Shown one piece after another: positions 25,511 through 40,021 of a stretch of 64,000 bases of DNA. The first letter of the stretch is position 1; each line of letters starts with the position of its first letter. The position numbers and the translations under genes were made by a program. The DNA lies in NCBI GenBank assembly GCA_048013815.1, contig CM106586.1, positions 11,966,001-12,030,000 of the forward strand, given 5' to 3'. The notes beneath the pieces are model-generated. The model did not search any database, was not told the origin of the DNA, and saw nothing but the letters and a program-made list of their open reading frames with translations. The stretch comes from Setoptus koraiensis. Lineage: Eukaryota > Animalia > Arthropoda.

Positions 25511-27344
25511 AGTTTTTGAGCCGGTTTCCGCTAGACGCTGTGCCGGTCGCCAGCAACGACTGCACAGCCGCCCGGCCCGCAATCTGGGCCAACAATGCCG
25601 ATTGTTGGGGCCCCACATCGACAGCGTGCCATGTTGTGCGTTGCTTGTTTGACAGTTTCAAGCCGATCGAGCGTCTCGAACGACACGACATGGTCGCGGC
25701 CAGACAAGCGAGTAACAAGCCTTGTGCTGTATGGTTTTTGTGCGCAAGAGATAAAACAGTTTCAATCAAGATTATCCACGCAAACACAATGTTGCATTGG
25801 CTCACAACATAACATTGTCAGTAAGTGTGTGTTCGTGATAAAAAATATATGTGACCGATCAGTAAATGTCGATTGTTAAGTAGCGCCATCTGAGTATCGT
25901 CGAGCGCGCCACTATTGTCGCGCATCGGACTATTTTTGGCCGCGGCCATCGGCGAGCGGCCGCGATGTGCGAGTTTCGGCTGCCTCCCACGACCAAGCAG
26001 CGCCAACTACAACATCAACAACAACAACGACAACAACAACAACGGCAACAACAACAACAACGACAACAACAACAAGGGGCCCCGGATGGCGTGCATGCAT
26101 CATTATCGTCGGGCGTTCTGGCCAGCACTTGTTATGTTATATGTTGTGCGTCTCGGGGCCCCCTTGTGTCGCCCATGCTCTGCTGGCAACAACTGCACAA
26201 TAGAGCAGCAGTTGAGCGCGCGAACGCCCCTATAGGTAGCTGTGGCCGTGCGTTGGGTGTGCGCTGTTTGGCGCCCCCCCCCCCTTGCAGAGCGTTCGCG
26301 ATCTTGTCGAGATGTTACAAGTTTCCCGGTTGTTCGCCTTCTCAGCCGCCTGGCCGTGTCAGAGAGCCTCTGGCCCCTGTCGCCTTTGCTTCTTTTCCGC
26401 CCCCACTCTTTCGCCCCTTTGCTCCTTGCGCCTTATCGCTCTCTGGCCTCTTCGTTTTCTCGTTTTTTCGCCCCCTTCGCACTCAACTTTTTTGCTCCGT
26501 CGCTCTTTGGCGTCTGGGTAGCCTCGGTGGCAGCCCCTTCTGCTAACGGTACTGCCCCCCCTCCCCCCTGCACGTCATTACCGTTTTTGACTGGCAACAA
26601 GCAGTGATCAGCTGTGCCCTTGCGAGACACTCGCAGCACCTAGTCGCGAGCCGGGTCCCCAGTTGGCTGCTGTTGCGGGCCAACTTAACGGTGCAGCACC
26701 AGTGAAGATGGCGGCTCGCTTGCGTGCACCGTTTCGTGCTTGCAGTCCCACTGGCACCTAGTGGCCGAGCCAGAAAAAATCGACGATAATTGATGCCTGT
26801 TACTTGCTCAACGGGGGCCCCCCGCCACCGAGGACCATTTATAATAGACGCACCTGTCATAGTTGGCAACTGTGACAGGCCATCTATGAGACGGGCCCTC
26901 AACTGCTCACCTCGTTGCTCGTTGCTCCTTGGGCCCGCTTAGCTTCGACCGTTCAGCGTGCAGTGGGCGCCAATTGTGACGGGCCCCCGTTTGGCCGGTT
27001 GCAGTGGCCGTCACAAGGGCACAACAGCTCACAACAGCTCACAACAGCTCACAACAGCTCACAACAGCTCACAAGAGTGACTGCACTCAAGCTTCCACTC
27101 AGGCTCACATGGACGATTTCATCATCAATTGGATAATTGATGAAAATAAGTGAAATTAAATCAGATAAAATCGGAGCGCACAATGGCCGCGCCAGAGATG
27201 CATGTATTCGGGACAGAGCCATTGAGCTGAACAAAAACAACGACACGACCAGTCAAGCCGCTACATAATTGATAATTGTCCGTCTCTCATTTGGCCCGCT
27301 CATTCCATTCCGGCTGAATGAATAAACTGGCCCCATTGCACAAT

Positions 27345-27500
27345 TCGTTGTTGTTGTTGTCGTTGTTGTCGTTGTTGTCGTTGTTGTCGTTGCTGTTGTT
27401 GTCGTTGTTGTCGTTGCTGTTGTTGTCGTTGTTGTCGTTGCTGTTGTTGTCGTTGCTGTTGTTGTTGTTGTTGCTGTTGTCGTTGTTGCCGTTGTTGCTG
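27345..27500. repeat. compound (TTG/TCG/CTG) trinucleotide tract with 24-nt periodicity
   Basis: Read directly. Confidence 0.88.
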
Positions 27501-29904
27501 CGTTTTTGTGTCTGGCCCAGATTGTTTTTTTTGTTTCTTTTTGCAGCCAAACGGGGGGCCGGATTCATTGCGATTGTCACGTGGTGCGCATACGATATAA
27601 ACACAAATGATGATACAGCAACTATATTGCACGCTCTCTCATTCGCTCTCTAATTTAGAGGCTCCAAATGAGTTTGCGAACGGCACTGTCGCAATAAAAC
27701 TGTCCACCGAGCAACACTGTCCGACGATAAAACGGTCCGACTAAAACAAGCGGGCCGCCTAATAACTTGCCACGAGAGCTTTATTATCATCTTTTAATTT
27801 GCACGCATACGCTGGCGCCCGACAAGCCGACACGGTCGCCGAGGCCCGACACAAGCAGACATTGTCGGCGGGGCCCGACACAAAACAAGCTCAACAACAA
27901 GCCAACGATTTAGTGTGTTTTTCGGGTTGTGAACGAAACACGAAAAGGCAAATTGGCGGCCGGAAAACTCGTGCCCGATCCCGAACAAATTCTGCCCGAT
28001 GCGTGTCTCCATTATGACTAGGTTATTGTGACTATGTTATTGTGACTATGTTATTGCGACTATGTTATTGGGGGCCCCGGCCGGGAATCGTCACAGCCGT
28101 AGAGTGTATGTCGTGCGCACCAACGAAGGTTTGCACGACATGCCGGCCAATTGCGACTCTACAATGCAGAGATAGTTGCCAGATTAGTGCTAGTCAATAT
28201 TTTCTCGTTATCAATCATTGAAGAACAATCTAGCCAAAATTGGCAAGTATCGGCTACAAGTCCGACGGCTACAACCACATTCTGGCTTTCATATCATTAT
28301 TTGAGCAAATTGTTTGGGGCCCGTCATCGGGGGGCACACACACACACACACGGGCAAGTGTCTTGATGATTGTGGCCACATTTCGTGCCCGAACACGCCA
28401 CATTCGATTGGCCGTCGATATTGGAGCTGATGTTATGGGGCCAAAAGTTGCCACTTGCAGGCAAGGGATTAATACTGCCAGTGAGGCCCGCGAATGTATA
28501 ATATAACCCAAACACTAATATATTGTTTTGGCCTGGCGTGCTATTGGCCGGCTCATTGGGCGCGCGAGCCGCGCAAAATGCGCATTTGCCGCCTGCCTTT
28601 CATTAGTGTCTAAATACCTTTTATCCTTTAGTGGCGAGCATCTAGCGGCAACATTACACTGCCACTAATGGCTCGCCGGAGCACCTCGGGGACCCGTGTC
28701 TGGCGAGCCGATCGGTTGCGCGCGCTGCGGCCAGTTTGTTTATTTGTCCACTAGGGTGATTACTAGATCCCCACAGGCTCAATTCGGACCTTATTATTAT
28801 TATTATTATATCATTACCATTTCTTCTGGCCGTCCGGCGGGTCCCCCCACAAGGCGGCTGGCAATGGCCAGACAAACTGTTTGCACGGCCCATACAATGC
28901 GCATTTGTCGAGCAATCTAGACTGAGCAAGTAACAAGAGCGCCAGAGCAAAAAACAACACAACGGGCCCCGATCCTTAGGCGCCAGCGCTATCTGCTGGC
29001 CCCACAGAATCTAGCGACACAGTGGGGCCAGCCAATGAATGCGCTACACTCAGTGTAGTACACTGACCACTACAACTTGTCAGCCGGTCGGAGCCATTGA
29101 TCATTGTTGCTGCTGCGGCGGCGGCCAGTTTGTGGATGGTGGCGGCACGATAATATTAATTTATTCACAATCGAATGCGCGATCGCCGCCGGTCAATTGG
29201 CGCCCAATTGGCGCCCGATTCGCTTGTAACTCGCGCCCGATTCGCTTGTAACTCGCGCCCGATTCGCGCCCGACTCGCTTGTAACTGGCGCCCGACCCGA
29301 CCAAGTAAATGGCCGGCCGATCGTGGCCAACATTTAGTTTGGGCAGTTTAGTGTGCGAAGAAATTCAAATGCGGTCAGCGGCCACATTCGGCATCGCCAA
29401 GCGATTGCCAGCGGCCCCACGGCGCGTCTCGCATCCTATGATTGGCAAGCAAAGAAATGATTCTTGCGCCAGCGAGCCAGCTCGAAATGCGATCGATTCG
29501 GCAATTCCGGCAATACTGACAATACTGGCAATACTGACGATTCTGGCGATTCTGGCAATTGTGGCAACTGTGGCGGCCAGCGACCGAGCGAGTCGCGGGG
29601 TCTGCGCCCCCTTTCGCGCCTGTCACTGTCATCCGTTTGTGTGGCCGCGCCGGATATCGGAGCTCACAAATATCGGCGCAAGAGCTCGAAGGGGCCCATC
29701 GGTGCCTCTTGCAGGCCATTTCGGCGAGCCGAGAATCGCCATTGGCCCGGCTCCTCTCGTCTGGCCCCCTGTCGTCGAGCCGCCTGTGAGTTGTGGCGCT
29801 TTCTGGCCCCAATCGAACCTATCCGTTATCTCGCGCGCGGCGTGTTTAAAAGCTGCAGCGGCCACCATTGAGTGAATTCGGTCACGTCTAATATAACGTC
29901 ACAT

Positions 29905-29950
29905 TATGCAACAGCGACAACAGCCGCATCAGCAGCAGCAACAACAATAA

Positions 29951-30003
<53 letters not shown>

Positions 30004-30050
30004 ACTGCAACAACTGCAGCAACAACGACGGCAGCAACAACAACGACGGC
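29905..30050. repeat. (CAACAG/GCAACA)n compound tract
   Basis: Read directly. Confidence 0.85.
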
Positions 30051-31540
30051 AGCACCGCGTCTCGCACCAGTGCACCCATCGAAATTGTGTCCTCAGCGGG
30101 TGCCGATAGCATAGGCACCCGATGAGGGCGGCCGCTGTCGAGCTGGCAGCGCCAGCCAGATAAATAAGCGATGCGCGGATATTTGCGTGACTAGTTAGAC
30201 GCGTAGGTAAATCGATGCCGGCGCCGGCTGGATTAAAAATTTAATTCATTTTGTGCCAGCGACTATTCGCGCGCGCCAGCCATTCGCCACCTATCAAGAC
30301 TTTGTAACAAAGTGGCGCGTGCTACGCGTTTTACGAGTCGCTTGTGTGGTCGGTGGCGCCGCCAACTGAACAAGCGAACTGGAAATTTTCCAAATTTGTA
30401 TATAAATGGTCGCTCGCCGTCGGACGCGCACGATCGGCCTATTCAAATTCGTGTCATCAGCAAATCTCGTCGCTTGGCCGCCGACACGCACACGCACGAC
30501 ACACCAGGCGCTGCACGCTGAGTAGTTAGCTAATCTGGCGATAAACCGAATCTTGTCGCCGGCTCTGGCGCTGCCGATGCATGCACATTAGATGGGCCCC
30601 ATCGTGTGGGCCCCATGCCGGCGGCCGCGCAGCGTGATAAGCGATTGCTACCTGAGTGGCGCCGTGATTTGTCAAAAATGTTTGTCGGAATATTTTCGGC
30701 TGCAAATATCGCACAGGCACGTAATCGTTGCCAATGATTCATCGGTGACGCATCGAAACCGTCGTCGGCGTCGCTCCATAGTATGACTGTGATGCGTATG
30801 ACGAGTCAAGTTGGCGCCCCAACGAGCTGTTTGCTCGTCTATTATTGCGCCAAGGCCACCGGGGCCAAAGCAAACACGGGCCCCACTGCAATTTTGCGCC
30901 AGTTGGCCGCTGACAAAATTTATATCCAGTTGACTGCCGACAAAATTTAGCCAGTTGGCTGCCGACTAAATTGGGGCTCCCAGCGACAATGTGGTCTGTG
31001 TCTATTTGGCCTTGCAATGTGCAAGTTGCACACCCTTATTTTAGCTTATTTTGGCTTGTTTTCGCTTGCTTTTGGGCTGGCGATTTCTTTGTGTCGCGCG
31101 CGTTGTCTAGCGTGATGGACAACGCGCGGCGCACAAATCGCACAATATCGCACACACTGTTTGCCTTCAATTCAATCGCTGCAAATCGCCAGCCAGCCGA
31201 GCCAGCGGGGCCCGGGCCCCAACTTGCGTCGCAGTTGCTGAGCCGCAATTCACAGGTGACTTGCGATTGGCGCCGTCGCTTGTGGGCGCTGGCCAGTAAT
31301 GATGAATTGCTTTGTAATACTTTTGTAATACTTTTTCTTTTCATTGTCAGCGATCGTGTCGCGACTCGCGACGAAAATCAAATCGAAAGCTCGCCAGCTT
31401 TTCACCGAACTTTTATACAGTTTATACAGTTTTTCAAACCGTACAAATCGCCAACCAACACAACACTGTCACTGCTAATCTGTCGGGTTAACGGTGTCAG
31501 CGAGGCCGCCTTGTGGCTCGCTTTTGGGCGCCTGACAAAC

Positions 31541-31640
31541 CCCAAAACGAGCCTGCTAAAACCCAAAACGAGCCTCCCAAAACCCAAAACGAGCCTCCCA
31601 AAACCCATAACGAGCCTCCCAAAACCCATAACGAGCCTCC
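31541..31640. repeat. 21-nt minisatellite CCCAAAACGAGCCTCCCAAAA
   Basis: About 5 copies. Confidence 0.9.
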
Positions 31641-34478
31641 TAAAAGGCAGCCCGGCCCCTTGACCGGCCCCAGTCGAGATGCCTGCTGGACAAGAGCCCC
31701 GAGTGAACTGGCGCCGCGTCTCAGCCGGCAATATTTAGGACAATATTTTGGGCAATATTTTGGGCAATAACGGCCGACCAGTTGCAGCTCGTGCCACCTG
31801 ATCCCATGCAGCGACACACAGAAATAACAGGGGCGAACAGGGCGACAAATTGGGCAGTTTGCGGCAAACTGTTTGGCCCGTTGCGCTGAACTCACACGAA
31901 TTCAAGAATTGTTGCCCCCTTTTAAGCGCTGATTGTGGGCCCCGAATTACGTGATGTTGTGCTAGTCGATGTTGCTCGCCAACCGCCATTCCATCGCACG
32001 TAATAAATGCATTACGGTGTGCGCATTTGGGGCCCGCGCAGGCCCGTGCCAGATAGTTAAAAAAGTGATTGGACGAGGATAAAGCAAAAATGTAAACGAA
32101 ACAAGCACAAATAAATTTACATCTTGCAATGTGCCGCTAACAACTAGCGGCACAACAACAACAACAACAATTGATGCCACTGAATATTTACATTGGAGGC
32201 GTCTATTATGTAACTAGTGAAACTAGTGTGCGCATCGGTTGACTATTTATAATATTTGTATTATAAAAATAGGGCAAATATGGCAATTTTGCTGGCCAGC
32301 TTGCGACCAATTTACTCGGGCACCAGGCTCGGCAGCCTCGGCAGCCGCTGGCCTCCGGGGGCGCCACCCAACGGTTCGCGGGCAACTTAGGGCGGACATA
32401 ATCCGGTAGCCGTGGATAGATAAGCACGGATAGTGTGTCTGATGTCAACACGACGACGTCTATCGGTCGGTGCATCTATGAGCCGGTGAGCACGGCTTAC
32501 GGCGTGTTTATCTGGGCAAATCATCAGCGAGAACATGAGCGATATCCGCAGCTTGTTGTTGTTGTTGTTTATCCGGTTGTTGAGCCAGCAAGCCAGCAGC
32601 ACTATTACACAATGCCTACTACCACCACTACTCATCGCCACTCATCGGCGTTATTATATCATCGGCGTTATTATATCATCGGCGTCAGTGTGTTGCGACA
32701 CAATGCCACCATGATATAATAATAACGTGGGCGATATCATTGCATCACATCATTTATCACGACATGTCATGAATACACATGTATATCAGATGCAGCATAT
32801 AAGTTATGTAAGTTGTATGTTACTATGTTGCTTATCTACGTTGTGTCAATCTAATCTTGAGACTTCTCTGGCTGCCTACTGTTCTGGCTGCTCACAGCCG
32901 ACTACTCACAGCTGACTGGACACTGTTAGGTGGATATATGCGCCAAAGAATTATGCAATATTATGCAATATTTATGTTGCTGTTATGACGAGCGAGCGAC
33001 AGACACGAATTCAATATTGACAAATTTTAATCGCAAGCGGCGCGCATTATTTATGATACAAACAGATATTATCTATATGCTGTTGTTTGCCATCAACTGG
33101 GCGCCGTGGTCGTCACAAACCAAACAATGCTCACTTTGGTCGTAGCCAACAACAGTCACTGTTGAACGCTGTGTCTCAATGGCGGCGCCCCAATGGCATT
33201 TCGCAAAAAATGCCTCTCGATACAGCCTCTCGATACAGAGCGAGCAAGCAGCCATTGTTTTTGCTCGACAGTCGACAACAAGCCGGCGTGCATGATGATA
33301 CGACGATGATACGACGATGATACAACGATGATACAATACAAACGTCACATATCTCACGTTATCTATTGTCACCAGCGCGCAGCAGCAGATTAGATGCGCT
33401 TGATTGGAGATGATGATTGAATTGCAAGAAGTGGCTATCAAATAATCTGCAACATTCACTTCCTAACAAACAACATGATCGATATACTCGTATATCCGAT
33501 CCGATCCGATCTCACAACAATTGTCAGCCGATCCTGTCCGATCTGATGACAAATAAAACAACAGCATTACGCTGTGTAAATTTGCACACCGAGTAGCTGC
33601 ACAAAACGAGGGCCCACAATTGTGCTCGTCCCATTGTCAGCTCGCACCCAATATTATGTAATATCTCGCTGCGTCGGTCTATATGTCTATATGTCTATAT
33701 GTCGGCCACAATCTGGCCGGCAGAGAATACCTGGCGCGCTCTATGTGCCGTATATTGCATTAGCAATGCCGGCAATATATTATATCAGTGTATCAGTGTA
33801 TCAGTGTATCAATATATCAGTTTATCAGTATATGAGTGATGGTGATGGGCAAACAAATCGGAGCAAAACAGTGTGCGCAAAATGCAAACACAATTCATTA
33901 TTGTTACAATTCATTATTGTTACAATTCATTATTGTTACTCACCCGATCCAATCCATTCGATGGGCCATCCTTGCTATGAAACAAATACAATTACGTAAC
34001 GTCTCACACTCAATTGTGACTCAATTGACACTCATCACTAGGCCAATATATAAAAGGTAATTCAATCCAAACGGAATTTTGAACTAACAAGTGCATTTTA
34101 TAGACTGCCGTTTGGAATGAAACACCCTTCACATAATGGTCTAATAACTGTAATAATGATTGCAGCGTAACTTGGGTGCTGGCTATCGGGTCAGTGTCTA
34201 TCGGTCGCCAATTGTTGCAGCGGAGCCAATGAAGTGATTGTCATGCTTTGCAAATCAATTTGTATCGGCGCCTACATTATTGAAAATTTTCCAATGTCTC
34301 ACTCGCAGACTGTGAGTCACAGACGATTGGCTCAGTGGATGCACAAATCGCGATCGGATTGTGCTGTCTATTTCAATTAGTGATCTAGTCAATAATCACG
34401 ACTCTCGAGACTCTCGAGTCGAGAGCCACTCTAACGTGCGCTCAAAAGTTTTGAGTCAAAACAGAGCAAAAAAGAGCT

Positions 34479-34592
34479 CGCGCTAAGATCGCAATTGACG
34501 CGCGCTAATATCGCAATTGACGCGCGCTAAGATCGCAATTGACGCGCGCTAAGATCGCAATTGACGCGCGCTAAAATCGCAATTGACGCGCG
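34479..34592. repeat. 22-nt minisatellite CGCGCTAAGATCGCAATTGACG
   Basis: 5 copies with single substitutions. Confidence 0.92.
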
Positions 34593-36151
34593 CCCCTTTC
34601 AGCTGCACTTTCACTGTCAGTGAATCACTGTAAAAATAAAGCTATTTTTGCAAAATAGCCCTCATGTCTAGACGAATCTCATTGTTTCAGTGAATCGCCT
34701 GACACATGCTCGCTGTGTAGCAACAAGGAGATAAATTTCAGCTAGTTGCATCAGCTGTTCCGAGCGCAACTCAGATAATCAATGATGGGGCCCCGTTGCA
34801 TGGCACTGCAATGGCGCCGATCGATGTCTAGCGCATAGTCTAGTCTTTTTTGCGACAGTTGTAGCAACTTGCGACTTTCATTGCTGGACGCCTGTGAATC
34901 GCAGGCTGTGTGATACGGCACCAGAAAACAGTTGAGTGTGTCGGCTGAGCATCGTGATTTAAAACAGTGCAAACATTATTATTGTATTATCGACGATATT
35001 ATTAATATCGTCGACTTATCGACCAGCCAGTTTGTTATTTATGCAAAAACAAACGGGGGCCGAGGTGCCGATTTGACGAGCCATCGAGTGCTCGCTATTA
35101 ATCGAGTAATGGAACAGTTTCCCCGAATGCATAATGATAATGTTAATAACAACCGATAGTGAATTATTATTCCCGCGTCTCTCTATATTATCTTTATTTG
35201 TTTAGATAGATTGCGCACGGCAGTGAATACAATACTTTATTGAGTGATAATAATACAATTGTGCACCAAATAAACTTTGCTAACCAAAGTTTGGTCGCCA
35301 AAGGTAGACACAGGCACACCAGCTAGGCACAGGGGCACCGATTCCGGCATTCGATTCTATTAATGCATTAGCACTTTATCGAGCCTTCGCAACTGGCTAC
35401 GCCGGCTTGCAAGCAGCAGATATAGCTCGCCCAAATGTGAGGCGCCCTCTCAAATGCGTTGTTGCAAATGGCTTCGATATAATGCGCCTTGCGCGTTATT
35501 GCCGCAGGACACAGCATGAGGCTCTTGCTCTGTCATCCGACAACGGCTTGCGCAAGCCACTATTCAATATAAGATGAGATAAATAACAGTTTACACAAGA
35601 CAGCAGAAATGGAATTGAAAAAGTGTGTGTGTGTGTGTTTGAATTGGGGCCCCTTTTGCATTCTTTTGCCGTTGTCGGTCTATTGCTGGCCGCGCTAAGT
35701 TGTCGCTGGCGGGCTCAACAACCGCCCGCTATAATGTGTAATATCTGACCGGCCATCTCAATTAGCGATTCAGACAGTTGCTCACTGAACCTAATACTTT
35801 ATTTAAGTATTCTGCTAATGACATAACAACACACCTGACTTGGCCATCGCACACTTACGGGTTATAATTGCAGCGCAGTGGCGGTTATTTGAGCAAAGAC
35901 ACACAGTTAAAAGTTCAACCCATTAACCCCGCTCAACGTCCGTTACCCGTTACGCAACGAGTGAGGGCGTTATGTGAGGGGCGCAATGAGCGAGCTTGCT
36001 CACAAATGATAACATTGACGATTGAGCCGTTAATGAGGTTCTTCAACTGAGACATTCTTTAGTATGGTTACAGTGATACTACAGTCATAATGCCGTAACA
36101 CCGCACTCATGCTGCACTAGCATGCAAATGAGCTGTTTTTGGACGCAGTAG

Positions 36152-36186
<35 letters not shown>

Positions 36187-39100
36187 AATAATAATAATAA
36201 TAAAAAGAAGCCTCCTTACAGACTGCAAGTCACAGGGCAACAAAGGAGGCGAGCTTGGCGGTTGTTTGAAGAACGAGCTAACGAGAATATCGTTTGCAGC
36301 AACTGTGTGAGCACTGTTAATATCGTCGTCATTGTTTGGCCCAACCATCTAACCCTTGGCGTCGTCTCAAACAACAACAACAACAACAGTTATTACGTAA
36401 CAACAATTCAACAACCGTGCGGCCCTGATATATGATGACTGACACGGTGTGTGTATGCATACAATTCACTTAATTAGAGCAGCACATCAATCATAGTTTT
36501 ATCCTTTCTTGCCCCCTTTTTCTATTCAGACATTGCACATTTGCATACAAGCATGTGACTGGCTCTGGCTAATAGACTGACTTATAGATGTTTCCAATGC
36601 ATTCGCCATGAATTATCCGGATAATGGGCGACTATCCGGCTGTCGCACTGATACGAAATACGCAATGGATTTCTGAATAGCAATCTGAAAAGTATCAATA
36701 TCCACGCACTGCTTCTTCCATCTTATATTCATATAAGACGATATAAGTCGATCTCGCCCGAACTGGATAAGCATCCGCATATGAATAAAGATATCTATGG
36801 ATATCACGCATATCCATAGATCCATAGATCCATAGATCCATAGATGGCTAGCTTGAATGCCATCGGCATCATACGCTGGCCGAGGCCATTAGTGGGGCCA
36901 TCTATCGAGTTGTTTATTGTTATTTACTCATTGATTGACACATCTGTCCGCATAAATGTGTCGCAACAAATTGCGATACCCATAATTGTAATCAAGCTCC
37001 GTTGGCATTTGGTGACGCTGCCAGGGGCGCCCCCCAGCCTGAGCCTCTCGTCAGATAGCCCCCAGTGGGCATTGTTATCGTCGACGGTTGCTTACAAATG
37101 GGCATTTGTTACATTACTCAGTGATATGGTTCATTAGTTCACCTGGCCAGTTGGCGTTCTCGTTACATCCGCATTGTATATCCGCTATATCGTGTGAGCG
37201 GCCCGATGATATTTTTTTTTCTCTCCATTACTCTAGAGTCTAGGGTCTAGACAATTTTATTGGGATCAATCGAGCGTTTCTGTGGGCTGTCTATTTACTG
37301 TATGCCATTAGTAGCCATGGCGCACATCGACAGTGTGCAAGATAATTGGCAGCACGACCTTGCCACATTTTCAAGAGGGAACATTCTAGAAAATTTGGTT
37401 TCATCTTAGAGCGCAGATTATTTGCAAATGTTCGCCTAGCGACAATACAAAAGTCACTTGAGAATGTGTGAAATCTTTTCGTCGTTTCATTATTTCTTTT
37501 AGCTCAATTCAATCTCGTCTTTCGCAAATTGCCAGACCGGCCAGCTCGCGACAATGCAAGCTGCACTGTCGAATACAATATTTTTCAAGTGAGTGTAAAG
37601 TGAGTTTATTAGTGCAAATCTTTGTGTAATCTTGTCACAAAATTGATAGATTAGCCCGACTAGCGCGAGCCAATGTCTCAACTAATGACAATTATCTCAA
37701 TCATGTCAATCACACGACATTGATGCTTGCAATCATGCACCAATGCTCGTTGATTGCAAACTAAATTAGATCAGCAACTATTAATAGCAACAGCAGTAGC
37801 TCACAATGTAAAATAAAATATTGTGTCGATTTGTTGTCGCTGCTGGTGGATACCAACGGTGATTTTTGAAGGTCTGACAGTGTGCATTAATGTCACATGG
37901 CATGCAGATCCATCATTGTAAAGTTGGTTTGTTCACTAGCTGGCATGATAACGCTCATTTCCTGTAGTTTGTGACAGTTGTTACAAATAAACTAAACGTG
38001 ATGATTTTCACTTTGCAACGTTTGCCTCGCGCGGATCTGATCTTGACAACAAAAGCCACGAACGAGCAAACTATTACCAGCAGACAGCAAGAGATGCGAC
38101 AACAACAACAACAACAACAGCGACAACAACAGCAGCGACAACAACAACAGCGTCAACAACAACAGCGACAACAACAACAGCAGCAAGAACAACAACAATG
38201 CCAACAATAAGGGCGACATTCACACAGCGAATGAGCTAGAGTTGCCAGAGGAAAGGAAGTCGCTATTTAGATTATCGGCCTGCGTTGTTTGGTGGTGCCA
38301 CCAAACGGATGGAAGCGGCAAACGCAACGTTTGTCGAGATTGCGAGCATAGCGATGATATTATCTAGTGCGTCTAAACATGTTCCATGTCACTAGGCTGC
38401 ATGCAAATAAAGTAGGCCAGCCCAGTGCCAAAGTGACACATGATGTGACTATGTGGCATCTAGGCTACGATGACAGATCATGAGGCAACGTCATTGCAAC
38501 AACCACAGCAGCAGCACCAACCAAAACAACAACAACAACAACAACCACGGCCAACAGAGGGGCCCCAATTACATGCAACTGATACTATCAAGGCTAATTG
38601 TGCTGCTAGTGACGTTGCACGTGAGTACAACCGGCCCACTCTCACCTAAGCCAGTTACTACCTAATATAAGCTTGTGGCTAATTAATTATCACTCGAGTG
38701 CTCACCATGAGCACCACATTCGACTGCATGTAACATTGCGATGCATGTAACATTGCGATGCGAGGCCCATGAGAGGCAATGACGAGTATTTTTCAATATC
38801 AAACAATCTTTCTATGAATGTCATAGTATGAATGTCATGTATGAATATCAGGCAACCCAAATTGGCCTGGTACTAGCTGGATTGCGTTTCGCGATATTCG
38901 GATGCATCGGAACCGTCCATTGCGATTGTCGAGTAGTAAACCGATGCTCAACATTTAGCATTTGATGATAATTGAATTAATTATAATTGACATTGACATT
39001 ATCTTCATTAGTAGTCAAGATAAACAACGAAACAAACCATTAGTCATTGCGGCTATCTTTCGCTTGGATGCACATGTAAACTATAGTGAGTACAAAGTTT

Positions 39101-39688
39101 CCAAAAATGTCAACATAACATTGCTCTTTTTTTTTCTTTCTGAAGCCCGATCCTCCCCGATCGACAATTCTATCGTCCATTGTTTTGATAAATTTTATCA
39201 CAATTGACACAAACAACCATACGTACATATCATTATATAATCTTATATGATAGCGATAGTCGCAACAGTGACACCAACAATAATAGTACTAATAAAAATA
39301 AAAACCACACTAGTTAGAATCATGAAAACAACAATGTAAGATGTGCGTATTCATCATGAGGTACATGAGGTATTATTAAATTTCTAGCTTACTTACTTGT
39401 TAGCTTGTGACATATAAAACTAGATTCTATCACAAATATTATTATTTCATTTGAGATTAGCATTGTTCTTATTTTACGCGTAGAATATCATTATTGATCA
39501 TTATAAATATTAGGTGATAATTGATCATTATCCCTATCTTGTTTTGTGTGATATATCACCAGTGTACTGGCGCTATTAACTCACTAGCTGAACTTGTGTT
39601 GCTCGTATAGATATAATTAACAAGCCACAAGATCGCAGTCACTCGATCAAACTAGATTAAAACAATGAAAAAAAAAACAAGACAACAA

Positions 39689-40021
39689 TCATATATTACA
39701 TCTCAAGGTCTGAAGAGGCCTTATCTTATCATCACGTTCACTAAATCCAATTGATAGTTGCTCGCAAATGTGACTTGTCTCAATATATTTCATTTCATCA
39801 TCGGCTGATTTAGCTTTTGTTCTATCTTGGTGATGTCTGGTTATAACTCCCAAGTCACAGTTGACATCCCGAACAAAGGAACACGATAAAACTTTAATAG
39901 TATTATAGGTAGGATAATGTAATATTGCTATCAATCCACACGAGATTTTCTCTTTTACTTGACTATTCGAGTGTTTTTGTGTGTTATGGTGTACAATGAG
40001 AGTAATTTTTTTTCCAGCCAC
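39689..40021 (-). CDS. possible orphan coding exon (~110 aa)
   Basis: Open, non-repetitive frame in AT-rich DNA with no ATG start. There is a possible AATAG acceptor just upstream. No family recognised. Confidence 0.25.
   Translation of the reverse strand: MAGKKITLIVHHNTQKHSNSQVKEKISCGLIAILHYPTYNTIKVLSCSFVRDVNCDLGVITRHHQDRTKAKSADDEMKYIETSHICEQLSIGFSERDDKIRPLQTLRCNI

Noticed and set aside
33073-33459. CLVCDD resembling a nuclear-receptor zinc-finger start
   Set aside because: No HYG/CEGCK continuation, and the frame stops shortly after.
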